This document shows positions 47,478-57,665 of a DNA stretch of 64,000 bases, one piece after another. The stretch is from an uncultured Christensenellaceae bacterium (GTDB lineage: Bacteria > Bacillota > Clostridia > Christensenellales > UBA3700), in contig CALWHF010000002.1 of the NCBI GenBank assembly GCA_944380305.1, positions 14,877 to 78,876 of the forward strand, read 5' to 3'. A model generated the notes under the pieces. The model saw only the letters and a program-made list of their open reading frames with translations, had not been told where the DNA came from and did no database searches. Each line of letters begins with the position of its first letter. Position 1 is the stretch's first letter. A program made the position numbers and the translations under genes.

Positions 47478-49091
47478 TCAGTTCACCGAGCAGTTCACGA
47501 TATTGTCTCTGGCGTCGTACTTGCCCGCGTTGGTCATCGGACGGGTGTTCACGCTCCTTGCCGTCACGTCGAACGAAGTGACGGTGACGTTCTCGACGTC
47601 GTACAGATACAGCCCGTACACGGGCAGATCGTGATATGAGCTGGCAGCGTGCGATATGAAGTAGCTGTGCGAAACGCGGGTTATCTCGGGGTATCCGTTC
47701 ATATTGGCGTGCAGGACGTCGTTGCCGTTGTAGACGTCGAGATCCTCTCCGCACTCGCGGTATCTTATATCGAAGTTGTCGAGCGTGACGTTTCTGACGG
47801 GATATACCGTGCCTTTGTACTCGCAACCGACGATCGCGCACGCGATGTCTATGTCCTTTGCGAACACGTTGCTCACATTGACGCCGTCGATACCGCCCAC
47901 CGTCTTGCCGTCGCTGCCGTTGTCCTTGTCGAGCCTGCACCCCAGCCATATCAGCAGAGCCGACGGCACGTTGTTCATAACTATATCGCTGACGGTCACG
48001 TCCGAGATATTCGCGCCGTCCGCGCTCTCTATCGCTATCCCGCTGTAACCGCCCGCTATTTCGGCGCAGAAAAAGTAGCAGTTGCTGACGGTCACGTTCT
48101 TGACGTCGTAGCCCGTCTCTGTGCCTATCTTGAAATTGTTTGCGAGCGACATTATCTCGCAGTCGCTGACGGATACGTTCTCTATCGGACCGACGTTGGA
48201 CTTCAACACTATACCGTCGTCACCCGTCGCGATGAAACAATGCTTTATCTCGACGTTGCTCGTGCCGCATATATCGAAGCCGTCGCTGTTGGCGACGTAG
48301 ACATTGTTGTCGATCACGACGTCTGAGATTTGTACGCCGCTGCACAGTTCGAGCTTGACCGTCCACGTCGAAGGCTCGTATAGCACTATATTCGAAAGCG
48401 AGATATTCTCGCAGTCTCTCGCGTAAATCAGATTGCAGCCGAATTCGTCGGACTTTCGCTCCCTCAGTCTGTCGCGGTACGAAAGCACTTTTTGCTTGAG
48501 GTTGAAAGTCTCCTGCGGCAGATTTTTAGTCGGATTCTTGCTTTCCGCCGTATAATCGGTGCCGTTGCCGTCGAGTCTCCCCGGTCCGACGATTCCCCAG
48601 TCGTCAACGCCTTCAGCCCTTATCAGCGCGCCGCCGAGAAATTCTCTCTTTTCCTCAGTCGTGTAATCGTCGTAATCGGGAAGTTTGAGCGCGCTGTCCT
48701 CTGCGACGTAAAGCGTGACTCCGCTCTTCATATAGAGAGTCCCCGTATAATAGACGCCGCCTTTCACTTCGACCACCCCGTATCCGCCGCCGTTCGCCGA
48801 CGCGTCGTCGATAGCCGCCTGCAACGCTGCGGTATTCTCTTTCGCGCTCTTGTTCGGAGACGCGCCTTGAGTATTTACCGACACCTTGTAAAGATCGTCA
48901 GCAAAAACCTGTTCGCTCAGATATTCGTCGTAAGGCACGTCCGCGACGTGAGCACCGTCGCCGTCCGTCAGGCTATACTCTTTCATTTCGGACGCGGTTT
49001 TGCCGTCCGTGCCGTCGTCGCAAGCGACGAAAGTACAACCCGCGAACGTCAACGCGAGAGATAATACAGCCGCGAAAAATCTTTTTTTCAT
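47478..49091 (-). CDS. glycoside hydrolase family 28-like (polygalacturonase-type beta-helix) lipoprotein
   Basis: Lipobox LTFAGC. NSDGFDICG and ATGDDGIVLKS match the GH28 NTDG.D and G.DD.I..KS catalytic motifs. The periodic beta-helix sequence is visible. Confidence 0.7.
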   Translation of the reverse strand: MKKRFFAAVLSLALTFAGCTFVACDDGTDGKTASEMKEYSLTDGDGAHVADVPYDEYLSEQVFADDLYKVSVNTQGASPNKSAKENTAALQAAIDDASANGGGYGVVEVKGGVYYTGTLYMKSGVTLYVAEDSALKLPDYDDYTTEEKREFLGGALIRAEGVDDWGIVGPGRLDGNGTDYTAESKNPTKNLPQETFNLKQKVLSYRDRLRERKSDEFGCNLIYARDCENISLSNIVLYEPSTWTVKLELCSGVQISDVVIDNNVYVANSDGFDICGTSNVEIKHCFIATGDDGIVLKSNVGPIENVSVSDCEIMSLANNFKIGTETGYDVKNVTVSNCYFFCAEIAGGYSGIAIESADGANISDVTVSDIVMNNVPSALLIWLGCRLDKDNGSDGKTVGGIDGVNVSNVFAKDIDIACAIVGCEYKGTVYPVRNVTLDNFDIRYRECGEDLDVYNGNDVLHANMNGYPEITRVSHSYFISHAASSYHDLPVYGLYLYDVENVTVTSFDVTARSVNTRPMTNAGKYDARDNIVNCSVN

Positions 49092-49200
49092 TCTTAATCA
49101 CCCTTATATTTATTTTACGGAACTGCCGCGCCTTTCCGCTTCAGCCCGAACGCGAGTCAAAAACAAATATGACGACGCGATATGCCGCGCCGCCGTTATG

Positions 49201-51936
49201 TCAGCCTTTTATATCGAAATCGACCGTGACCTTTTCGCCCGCCTTGAGCGTGACGGTCTTGCTTTGCTGAGACAGCCCGCATGAGATCTCGAGAGTCTGG
49301 TCTATATCGCTCGATACCGTAACGCTCGCCTTGCCCGTTTCGAGCGACCAGCTGAGATTCTCCAACACGGCGCGGGTGCGCAGTCTTATACCTTTGATAT
49401 AACCTTCGTCGAAACCGCTCGTCGGCAGCGCGGGCAGCACTTCGACCTCGCCCGTATACGAATAGACGAGAGCCTCGTTGACCATGCCGAGATAACCTAT
49501 CGCGAAGTCGGTGCAATAACAGCTGCTCCTGTTCGTATGGTGATTGGTCATAAGCGATTTGTAATATATAGTCGTCAGCGAATTACCGTTCATCAGTCCT
49601 ACCATCGCCTCTGTAACGCTGTCTCTGTCCTTGAGTCTCGCCGCGATCAGCGCGCGGTGTATCAGCGCGTGGCTCGCCTTGTTCTCGCTCGCCCTGTTCT
49701 CTATTGCCTGTATCGCCGCATCGCGCAGAGCCTCGTCGTCCTGCGTCTCGAACAACGGCCATACCATATACATGTGGCTCAGATGTCTGTGCGTGTTGTT
49801 CTCCTCGAACTGGTTAGCCGCCCACTCCTTTATCGCGCCGCTCTCGTCGTAGAGATACGGGGGTATCTTCTTCATCAGACTTTCCCACTTGCTGACGTCT
49901 GCCGTCGGATCGACCGAACGCCATATCTCTATCAGCATTTCGAGATTGCTCCTGCACGCCGCGATGTCGATCGCCGAATTCGCACACGAAGGAGACGGAT
50001 AGTTGGACGGATTGTTCTCGGGAGAATAAGACGGGATTATGCAATAGGTCTCGCCCTCTTTGAGCGAAGTTTTGCCCTCCTCGTAATGAATGTCCCCGTT
50101 TGCGTCCGTATAATATTCGGGCACCATGAGCTGCGCCCAGTAGTTTGCCGACTTGAGGAGGAGCGGCAGAAGTATCTCGCTCCTCAGATCGAGGTATCCT
50201 TTCGCCTTTATCTCGGCTATCATTTCGTCGGTCAAAGGTACGTTTGTCATAGACAGCACGGCGCGTATCTCTTCGAGATCGAACTCGTCAGACAACGGGA
50301 TCTGCACGTCGTCGTAACACATCAGCGTCTCGTACAGAGGCTGAAGCATCCAGCTCGCGCCCGCGTTCCAGTATCTGAAAGGATAGGGATAGCAGCTTTC
50401 TGTCAGAAGAGCCATATCGCCGTCGCTGTTGACGGGAGCCTGTATCGCGTCCTCGTAGCCGTGCGACGCGTACGCGTTGTCCATCCAGTCGTCCACCTGC
50501 CTCAGTATGAAATTGACATATCCTATATACGCATCCTCCATATTGCCCGTATTCATCGACGAGGTCTGCAGGTTTACGTTAGCGTCCATCGTATATTTGC
50601 TGCCCCAGTCGCGGACCCACTCGCCCGTCCACATACCGAACAGTCTGCTGGTACTCGTGCCCGCACAGCAAAGATACGCGTATCTGCCGGAGTAGTAAGC
50701 CCTTTCGGCAAGCGTATTGTTGATGGTCTTGTTGTTGAATTTGTATGTGGTCAGAGAATCGTTGGACACGTTGAGGTCTGCGCCGAGAGAGAATTCGACC
50801 GCGTTGTACTGCGGTGTGAATATGTCGGTATGCGCTTTCAGCGCGTCGCTGTAAAAGAACACGCCGTCTTTGACGTACTTGTCGACGACCGCCTTGACTT
50901 TTTCTCTTAAGGACGTCTCGAGAGCGTATTCTGTCTGATCCGCGAAATCGTCGTATTCGCCCATCTCGAAGGTGCGGCCGGACGCGGTGACGACGTATAT
51001 CTTCTTCGCGCCCGTCACTTTTATGCCCGTTATCTCCTCGCCGAGATACTGCTCTTCCTCTTTGCCTTCCACGCTGACAAGCTCTTTAGTGCCGCCCTCG
51101 CAGAATATGTAGCTGACCGTCGCGTAACCGCCTTGTTGAAGTTCGCTGCCCTCGTACGAAGGGTAATGCGCGACGAACCCGAGATAGTCGAGTTCTTCGT
51201 CGACGGTCCTTTTATATCTGATGTCCTTTTCGCTGGGATAAACGTCTCCCTCTTTGCCGAAATTAGCCATCGTGGACAGACTGTCGTACGAGAAAGTGAC
51301 GTCGAGCAGTGCGCCCGTAGAAGATGCGGTGAGCTGGGTTATCGTCACGTCGTCCGCCTTGGACGTAAACGTGAGCCTGTCCCACTGTCCGTCTTCGTCG
51401 GTATATCTCGTGCCCACCTGCGCCGTGTCGTAATCGGTATATCTCATATACGACGCGGGGTCCTCTCCCGCATCCTTCTTGTCCTGCTGAGTCATTCGGA
51501 GTATCGCGCCCGCATGGTACGAATAGACGTCCATGTACGGCTGGTCGTCAACGATGTCTTCTCCGTTGATTATCGCCTGCCTGACCGTCTCGAGCTCGTC
51601 AGAAGTGACGGGATTCACCCTCGGATTGGGGTTTGGAAGAATAAAATGTATATTCTGAAAAATCACGGTATCGTCATAAGGAGAGCCCGAAATTATCGCT
51701 CCCTGTATGCCGTTGCCCGTGACCATGCCTTCGCGCCAGAGATTATTGCTGTTTGTCCTCGTGGCGTTAAGCGTGGAGTATGTCGCGGAATAAGACGACT
51801 TCGCGTCTCTTTCAAACATCGCGCCGCTGTAATTCTCGACGCGCGGCTCTTCTTCTTTGCACGATGCCGCGAAAACCGCGACGAAAACGGCAAGAATAAC
51901 GACCGCAAAAACAATCAAAAATCTTCTCGATCTCAT
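49201..51936 (-). CDS. GH95-like (alpha-L-fucosidase family / six-hairpin) glycoside hydrolase lipoprotein
   Basis: Start at MRSRRFLIV (ATG 51934-51936); lipobox FAASC. N-terminal GMVTGNGIQGAIISG and C-terminal HRHLSHMYMVWP resemble GH95 family conserved blocks. Confidence 0.6.
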   Translation of the reverse strand: MRSRRFLIVFAVVILAVFVAVFAASCKEEEPRVENYSGAMFERDAKSSYSATYSTLNATRTNSNNLWREGMVTGNGIQGAIISGSPYDDTVIFQNIHFILPNPNPRVNPVTSDELETVRQAIINGEDIVDDQPYMDVYSYHAGAILRMTQQDKKDAGEDPASYMRYTDYDTAQVGTRYTDEDGQWDRLTFTSKADDVTITQLTASSTGALLDVTFSYDSLSTMANFGKEGDVYPSEKDIRYKRTVDEELDYLGFVAHYPSYEGSELQQGGYATVSYIFCEGGTKELVSVEGKEEEQYLGEEITGIKVTGAKKIYVVTASGRTFEMGEYDDFADQTEYALETSLREKVKAVVDKYVKDGVFFYSDALKAHTDIFTPQYNAVEFSLGADLNVSNDSLTTYKFNNKTINNTLAERAYYSGRYAYLCCAGTSTSRLFGMWTGEWVRDWGSKYTMDANVNLQTSSMNTGNMEDAYIGYVNFILRQVDDWMDNAYASHGYEDAIQAPVNSDGDMALLTESCYPYPFRYWNAGASWMLQPLYETLMCYDDVQIPLSDEFDLEEIRAVLSMTNVPLTDEMIAEIKAKGYLDLRSEILLPLLLKSANYWAQLMVPEYYTDANGDIHYEEGKTSLKEGETYCIIPSYSPENNPSNYPSPSCANSAIDIAACRSNLEMLIEIWRSVDPTADVSKWESLMKKIPPYLYDESGAIKEWAANQFEENNTHRHLSHMYMVWPLFETQDDEALRDAAIQAIENRASENKASHALIHRALIAARLKDRDSVTEAMVGLMNGNSLTTIYYKSLMTNHHTNRSSCYCTDFAIGYLGMVNEALVYSYTGEVEVLPALPTSGFDEGYIKGIRLRTRAVLENLSWSLETGKASVTVSSDIDQTLEISCGLSQQSKTVTLKAGEKVTVDFDIKG

Positions 51937-52179
51937 ATACAATCCCTCACGCAATAATTTTACCAAAGCACGCGCACGCTGTCAATTACGCAAATATGCA
52001 TAAGAGTGTGTATTTAATCCATAAAACAGCACATAAAAAGCAGACAGACGCAGATAAGAGCCCCGCATTTTCTACCCCTACTCGAGCAAAAAAATATCCG
52101 CCGCACCGCGACGGATCTCCGATACGGATTTCAGCTCCGTTCTGTCCCTTCAGACTTTTCCGTCCTCAGGGCTTTTGCG

Positions 52180-53145
52180 TTATTCGGACTTTTCTCTCTT
52201 TTTCGCCTGCAGATTTTTGTGGATCGCTCCGCCGATATAAGCCGAACCGAACGCCACGACGGCAGGACCTATCGTCACCGCTATCGCGTAGCCGACGCCG
52301 AGCGGATAATCGAGCACACCCGTGACGAGGATCATGACCGCGGAGATACCGTACAGTACGACCCCCGCAAACGCGTTGACGAAAGCCCATTCCTTTTTTC
52401 CCGAAAAAGAATAAGAAGTCCTGACCCCGACGAATGCGTTTTGCGGCACGAAAATGCAGACGGCACCGCATACCGCGTACAACGTGCATATCAGCACCGA
52501 AAACAATTCTGCGAATTTCGAGCTTTCTCTGACCGTATATCCCGCCTCGGCGGCAAGCGCGGCGTTTTTGACGACGATGCCGATCTCTATCGCGACAAAC
52601 GCGAGCGCCATGGCACAGAACAACGAAAAAGCCAGCCATACCGTCCAAGGCTTTACCTCGGGATTGTCTATCCTGACCAGCCCGACGTACGACGCCGTCG
52701 CAGCGATAAGGACTATCGCGAAATACGCACCGCCCATGATCACAAGCTCTTTCGAACTTCCCCACCTCGTGACCTCGCCTTCTGCGTTGTAATGACACGG
52801 CACGGTATCGGGCAGAAATATCCTTGCGACCACGGTCACGACAAGCGGCAAAAGCGCGGCGATCATCAGAAGTATCAAGGATATTTTTCCTGCCCGTGTT
52901 CGTTTTATGCGGTTTTCGTCTATGTTTTCGTCCGTTTCTTCTCTGTCGAGAAAGTAGTCTACGTTTACTTCGAAGAGATCCGCAAGACGTTTGAGATAGA
53001 AGATGTCAGGCACGCTCCTGCCGCACTCCCATTTGCTGACGTTCTTGTCGCTGACGCAGAGTTTTTCTGCCAGCTCGCGTTGAGTCCAGCCTTTTTCTTT
53101 GCGTTTTTCCGCGATCTTTTCGCCTATCTTCTGCATCACGTCCAT
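52180..53145 (-). CDS. XRE-type HTH domain fused to an SdpI/DUF1648-like polytopic membrane domain
   Basis: N-terminus is KRKEKGWTQRELAEKLCVSDKNVSKWECGRSVPD (HTH). Six hydrophobic segments follow, beginning LPDTVPCHYNAEGEVTRWGSSKE, which is typical of DUF1648/SdpI-like proteins. Confidence 0.6.
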   Translation of the reverse strand: MDVMQKIGEKIAEKRKEKGWTQRELAEKLCVSDKNVSKWECGRSVPDIFYLKRLADLFEVNVDYFLDREETDENIDENRIKRTRAGKISLILLMIAALLPLVVTVVARIFLPDTVPCHYNAEGEVTRWGSSKELVIMGGAYFAIVLIAATASYVGLVRIDNPEVKPWTVWLAFSLFCAMALAFVAIEIGIVVKNAALAAEAGYTVRESSKFAELFSVLICTLYAVCGAVCIFVPQNAFVGVRTSYSFSGKKEWAFVNAFAGVVLYGISAVMILVTGVLDYPLGVGYAIAVTIGPAVVAFGSAYIGGAIHKNLQAKKREKSE

Positions 53146-53539
53146 GACTTCTCTCCCTTTAGACCGACGGCGTAACGCCGCCCTCGACCTCTTCCGCTTT
53201 AATTGTATGTGATACCGTTATCGGTGTCAATAGCGAAACGCAAAATACGCTCTCTACTATCAGTAGAGCCGTGTGGCGATACGGTTTTTATGTGGTAGAC
53301 GCGTTTTTCAACGCGCGAATAAAAGCCTGCTTTTTCCGGTGTCCTCCTCCGCTGTTCCTCATTCTTGCCGAGCGCGCGTGAACTTCGCGAGCACGGGTGA
53401 AAGGATATATGCAAACAGCCTGTCGGCAGACGAAAGCCGTCGCAGCGATCTCCCGCAACGCAGCCGCGCCCCTGCAACGATATACAAATGACAAGCGCGT
53501 CAGCCGCCAACGGTCTCGCAATATACAAGTCCCGACGCC

Positions 53540-53564
53540 AAAAAAAGCCCGCCTTGAGGCGGAC
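53540..53564 (-). terminator. intrinsic terminator of ddh
   Basis: Minus-strand stem GTCCGCC / GGCGGGC (one mismatch), loop TCAA, then a T7 run. Confidence 0.7.
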
Positions 53565-53587
53565 TTTTGCATTCTGTATCTTTTGTA

Positions 53588-54571
53588 TCAGAGCATGCTC
53601 TTTCTGAGTTCCGCTCCGCTCTTCGCGCTGAGGTATGCGGGCGGCACGTCGAGCACGGTCACGCAACCCGTCTTGCCCTCTTTGCTCATCCTTGCGACTG
53701 CACGCGCGTACGCCACGAGCACGCTCGAGGTGAACGCGGGATTGGAGTCGAGCTTGAGCGAATATTCGACGACGTTGTCGAACTCGTCCTCCGCGCCCGT
53801 CTTGCCGCTCCTTATCACAAAACCGCCGTGAGGTATGCCCTTGTGGTTTGCGTCCAGTTCTTCCTGCGAGATGAAGTTGACCGTCGTGTCGTAGTCGGCA
53901 AAGTAGTTGGGCATCTCCTTGATCTCCTTTTCTATCTTCGCCTTGTCAGCTCCCTCTTTGACGACGACATAGCACTCTCTCGTGTGTTTCTGTCTTGTCG
54001 TCAGCGTCGGGTTCGCACCGCTCCTGACCGCGTCGAGAGCCGCCTGAACGGGCACGGTGTACTGTCTCGCGTCGAGTACGCCTTCCACTCTTCTTATCGC
54101 GTCGGAATGTCCCTGACTCACTCCTTTGCCCCAGAAGGTATAGGTCTCGCCTCCGGGCAACACGCTGTCGCCGTAGACGCGTGCGAGAGAGAACATACCC
54201 GGGTCCCAGCCGCAGCTTATCAACGCTACCTTACCGCTCTTTTTAGCCGCCGCATCGACCGCATCGAAATGCGCGGGGATATTCGCGTGCGTATCGAAAC
54301 TGTCAACCACGTTGAAAGTCTTTGCATAGACGGGGGTCTGCTCCGGGAGATCGGTTGCCGAACCGCCGCACAGAATGAGGACGTCTATCTCGTCCTTATA
54401 CTCTGCCGCCTTGCTTACGCTCTCCACCTTTACGCCCTTTGTCAAAGGCTTTATCGACGCGGGATCGCGTCTTGTGAATATGACTTTAAGCTCGAAGTCG
54501 GGATTGTGCTTTACCGCCGCTTCGACGCCTCTGCCGAGATTGCCGTAGCCCGAAATACCTAATCTGATCAT
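53588..54571 (-). CDS. ddh: meso-diaminopimelate D-dehydrogenase
   Basis: 327 aa. IRLGISGYGNLGRG Rossmann N-terminus, CGGSATD, SCGWDPG and WGKGVSQGHSDA are Ddh-typical blocks. Confidence 0.88.
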   Translation of the reverse strand: MIRLGISGYGNLGRGVEAAVKHNPDFELKVIFTRRDPASIKPLTKGVKVESVSKAAEYKDEIDVLILCGGSATDLPEQTPVYAKTFNVVDSFDTHANIPAHFDAVDAAAKKSGKVALISCGWDPGMFSLARVYGDSVLPGGETYTFWGKGVSQGHSDAIRRVEGVLDARQYTVPVQAALDAVRSGANPTLTTRQKHTRECYVVVKEGADKAKIEKEIKEMPNYFADYDTTVNFISQEELDANHKGIPHGGFVIRSGKTGAEDEFDNVVEYSLKLDSNPAFTSSVLVAYARAVARMSKEGKTGCVTVLDVPPAYLSAKSGAELRKSML

Positions 54572-54725
54572 AGTTGAAACTCCTTGAAAAAACTGACTAT
54601 ATTATATAATAACTCTGCGACTCTTGTCCAAAATATGACGATAAAAAACAGCGCTTGACCTCAAAAAAATGCCGTTATCCTGCCGACGAGCCCTGTCTGC
54701 CGCTCAAAACACTCTTTTCAGGCAT

Positions 54726-54756
54726 AAAAAAGCGGAGAGAGTCTTGCCCTCTCCGC
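54726..54756 (-). terminator. intrinsic terminator of the sialidase gene
   Basis: Stem GCGGAGAG / CTCTCCGC, followed on the minus strand by a T6 run. Confidence 0.75.
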
Positions 54757-54772
54757 ACCATACGTTTTGATC

Positions 54773-56422
54773 TTAACCCTTTGTATTCAGCTTTGCGAAA
54801 GCGATCGCGTCGCTGTAATTGACCTTGCCGATCTCTGCGAGCAAATAGACGTTGCCTTCTTTGTCGCCGTCCATACAGGAATAACCCGCCGCGCCGCCGT
54901 ATATCAGCTTGCTCGTCCAGTTTTCGCCGTCGGTAGTCGTACCCACGGAAAGATTTACTCTCGTATGGAAAGAATCGGGATAACTGAGCATCAGCTTGCC
55001 GTTGTCGTTATATACCGACGCCATACAGATCGGAGTCTTGAGAGTCGTGAACTTCTCTTTTATATACCACGTCGCGCCGCCGTCGTCAGAATAAGAGAGT
55101 TTCTGGAACTGTCTGGGATGATAATCGCAGCATCCCGCTCCGTCTCTCACGACCATGACCACGTCGCCGTTGTCAAGGACAGCCGCTTCGCATTCGTTGC
55201 CGCTGCCCGCGACTTCGCTCCTGGACCATGTCAGACCGTGGTCGTCGCTGTAAATCACGAAGGAACTGCCGTTATTGCTTGCAGGCACGATTATCCTGCC
55301 GTCATATTTGCCGCTCTTTATCTGAACAGCCTTTCCCGGTCCGACCATCAGAGTGTCCGCGCGCACGCCGTCAGCCGCGCCTTTCTTGATATTGGGGTCT
55401 TTGGGCAGGCTGATATTGATAGGCTCTTCCCAGTCGAAAGTCAGATCGTCTTTGAGCTTTCCTCTTATATTGAAAGTATTGTAGTTGAACCCGGTAGCTT
55501 TGGTCGCGCTCATGTGCACGATGTTCAGCATGCCGTTATCTTTGTCTAGCACTACCGTGGGATTGCCGTATTTGCCGACCTCTTCGCCGAACGAGAATAT
55601 TATCTTCTGCTCTCCCCACGTCTTGCCGTTGTCGAGAGAGAACTTGCCCAGCATATCAACTACGCCGACGTCGTGAGCGGAATTTTTCCTGCCCTCCACG
55701 AGTGCGAGGAGCACGTTGTCCTTGAAATGCGTGCCGTTCTTTTCGTTGAGGACGTCCTTGTCCATAACTATCAGAGAAGGTATCCTGTATGCCGAATATC
55801 CTTCGCTCTTACCCTCGAAGAGCAGATACGGTCCTCCTTCTATGTTGCTGAATTTGCCGTATTTCTGGTTGCGAGCCCATGCCGCTCCCGCAAGCATCGT
55901 CAGTACGTCGGTCGCCGAGATCAGCGAAGAAACGACGTACGCCTTTTCGATTATCGCGACGAGCGCGGCTATAAGCATGAATACGCAGCCCGCTATCAGC
56001 ATTATCATATTGAGCGTATTGAGAGCTATCGGCTGGAAAAGATCTACGACGAGAGCTTTTATGATCAGATAAACCAAGAAAGCCACTCCGAGCGCGAGCA
56101 GCACGATCGCGCTGATAAGGGAGTCTGTGTCGGAAGGAGCTTTGAGCAATGTCACGACAAGCCCCGCCACGGGAAGTATCGCGAGCGTACCGCAAAAGAT
56201 CCCCGTCATCGCAGTCGACGAAAAGAACAATCCCTCGTTGAAGATCAGGAACATGAATATCGCCACAGACAGCACGAGAAATGCGATCGCCGCCGAAACG
56301 AACGTGAATATGTTGTCGAAACAAGTATCCGCATACACTCCGCATACGACGAGAGCGGCTACGAGCAGCACGACGAACGCCGCGAAAACCGCTATCTGCG
56401 GTGCGTTCTTTTTAGCCGACAT
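54773..56422 (-). CDS. exo-alpha-sialidase (GH33) with a ~190-aa polytopic N-terminal membrane domain
   Basis: YRIPSL (FRIP motif) plus Asp boxes SLDNGKTW, SDDHGLTW, SDDGGATW and TTDGENW. It is preceded by about six hydrophobic segments. Confidence 0.85.
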   Translation of the reverse strand: MSAKKNAPQIAVFAAFVVLLVAALVVCGVYADTCFDNIFTFVSAAIAFLVLSVAIFMFLIFNEGLFFSSTAMTGIFCGTLAILPVAGLVVTLLKAPSDTDSLISAIVLLALGVAFLVYLIIKALVVDLFQPIALNTLNMIMLIAGCVFMLIAALVAIIEKAYVVSSLISATDVLTMLAGAAWARNQKYGKFSNIEGGPYLLFEGKSEGYSAYRIPSLIVMDKDVLNEKNGTHFKDNVLLALVEGRKNSAHDVGVVDMLGKFSLDNGKTWGEQKIIFSFGEEVGKYGNPTVVLDKDNGMLNIVHMSATKATGFNYNTFNIRGKLKDDLTFDWEEPINISLPKDPNIKKGAADGVRADTLMVGPGKAVQIKSGKYDGRIIVPASNNGSSFVIYSDDHGLTWSRSEVAGSGNECEAAVLDNGDVVMVVRDGAGCCDYHPRQFQKLSYSDDGGATWYIKEKFTTLKTPICMASVYNDNGKLMLSYPDSFHTRVNLSVGTTTDGENWTSKLIYGGAAGYSCMDGDKEGNVYLLAEIGKVNYSDAIAFAKLNTKG

Positions 56423-56623
56423 AATACCTCCTAAACGGCAAAAGCCGCGGATAAGATCTATCCGTTTTATTTTCTGTTATTATTTTATCATATAAAAACG
56501 GAATTGTCCAAAATTTTTACCGTTTTGTGAAGACAATCCGCATTTTATACCTGTCAAAACCGACGTTGACACTTCCCGACCGGCGATTTATAATATAATT
56601 ATGACGATAAGAGGAGAAAAACA

Positions 56624-57523
56624 GTGAAAAAACGCTTGTTATTTGCCGTTTCGGCTTTGATCATACTCTGCACTCTTTTGTCTTTCGCCGCTTGCGACGA
56701 CGGGAACGCCGTGGAAAAAGATCCTTACGAAGGATACGAGGTCTTCGACGTCATGAGCTTCAACATCCGCATGGACGCCGTAATCGACATCAAGGAAAAA
56801 GACTGGGACGATTCGCGCGCGGCTCTCGTATGCGAATACGTCAAAAACAGCGGCGCGGACGTGATATGCTTGCAGGAAGTGTGCCAGAACCAGTACGAAG
56901 ATCTTTCCGCCGCACTCGACGGCGTCTACTCGATCGTATATTATCAGCGCGAATCGGGGCGCAACCCCGAGGGGCTGGCGATCCTGTACAATGACGAATT
57001 CACGCTCGAGGAAAGCAGCCGTTTCTGGCTGAGCTCCACTCCCGACGTCGAGTCTCAGGACTGGGGAGCTGCGAATAAACGCATAAGCGTCAACGCCGTA
57101 CTCAAACACAACACAACCGGTCTCAGCCTCAACGTCTTCACTGTGCATCTCGACCACATCAGCGAGCTTTCGCGCGAAAACGGACTCGCGCTCATCCTTG
57201 AAAAAGCCGCAGAATACGACTGCCCCGCGCTGCTTTGCGGAGACTTCAACACGACCGAACAGAGCGACTGCTATGCGGTTATCGCAGACAAAATGCAGGA
57301 CTGCCGCAAAGTCGCTCCCGTTACAGACATCGGACTGACGTATCAGAATTTCGGATACGCCAAAGAAACCGAGGACAGCCTGCCGATAGATTTCTGTTTC
57401 GCCGACAACGCCTTCAAGGTCTTCGAATTCGATATAAAGAAAGAAAAATCGCCGAGCGGCGTATATTATTCGGATCACTACGCGGTAACGACAAGGATAG
57501 GTCTGCCGCTCAGATCCGAATGA
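56624..57523 (+). CDS. endonuclease/exonuclease/phosphatase (EEP) family lipoprotein
   Basis: GTG start after RBS AGAGGAG; lipobox SFAAC. MSFNIRMD, ICLQEV, GDFN and SDHYAV are EEP catalytic blocks. Confidence 0.8.
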   Translation: MKKRLLFAVSALIILCTLLSFAACDDGNAVEKDPYEGYEVFDVMSFNIRMDAVIDIKEKDWDDSRAALVCEYVKNSGADVICLQEVCQNQYEDLSAALDGVYSIVYYQRESGRNPEGLAILYNDEFTLEESSRFWLSSTPDVESQDWGAANKRISVNAVLKHNTTGLSLNVFTVHLDHISELSRENGLALILEKAAEYDCPALLCGDFNTTEQSDCYAVIADKMQDCRKVAPVTDIGLTYQNFGYAKETEDSLPIDFCFADNAFKVFEFDIKKEKSPSGVYYSDHYAVTTRIGLPLRSE

Positions 57524-57630
57524 CGCGCTTTCGGCAAAAGCCCTGGATTTTTTCTATGCAAGACGGATCCGCCCGTTCCGACGCGCTTTTGCAGACCGAA
57601 ATATTAAAAAGCGATCATCCTCGCATTACG

Positions 57631-57659
57631 AAAAAAGCGCGCCTCGCGGCGCGCTTTTT
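57631..57659. terminator. bidirectional intrinsic terminator
   Basis: A6 run, GC-rich stem GCGCGCC / GGCGCGC, then a T5 run, between convergent genes. Confidence 0.8.
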
Positions 57660-57665
57660 CTTATA

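Noticed and set aside
49537-50910. 457-aa ORF on the plus strand (and a similar one at 51133-51957)
   Set aside because: Both are antisense to the GH95-like gene. Their composition is Arg/Val/His-rich and typical of shadow ORFs.
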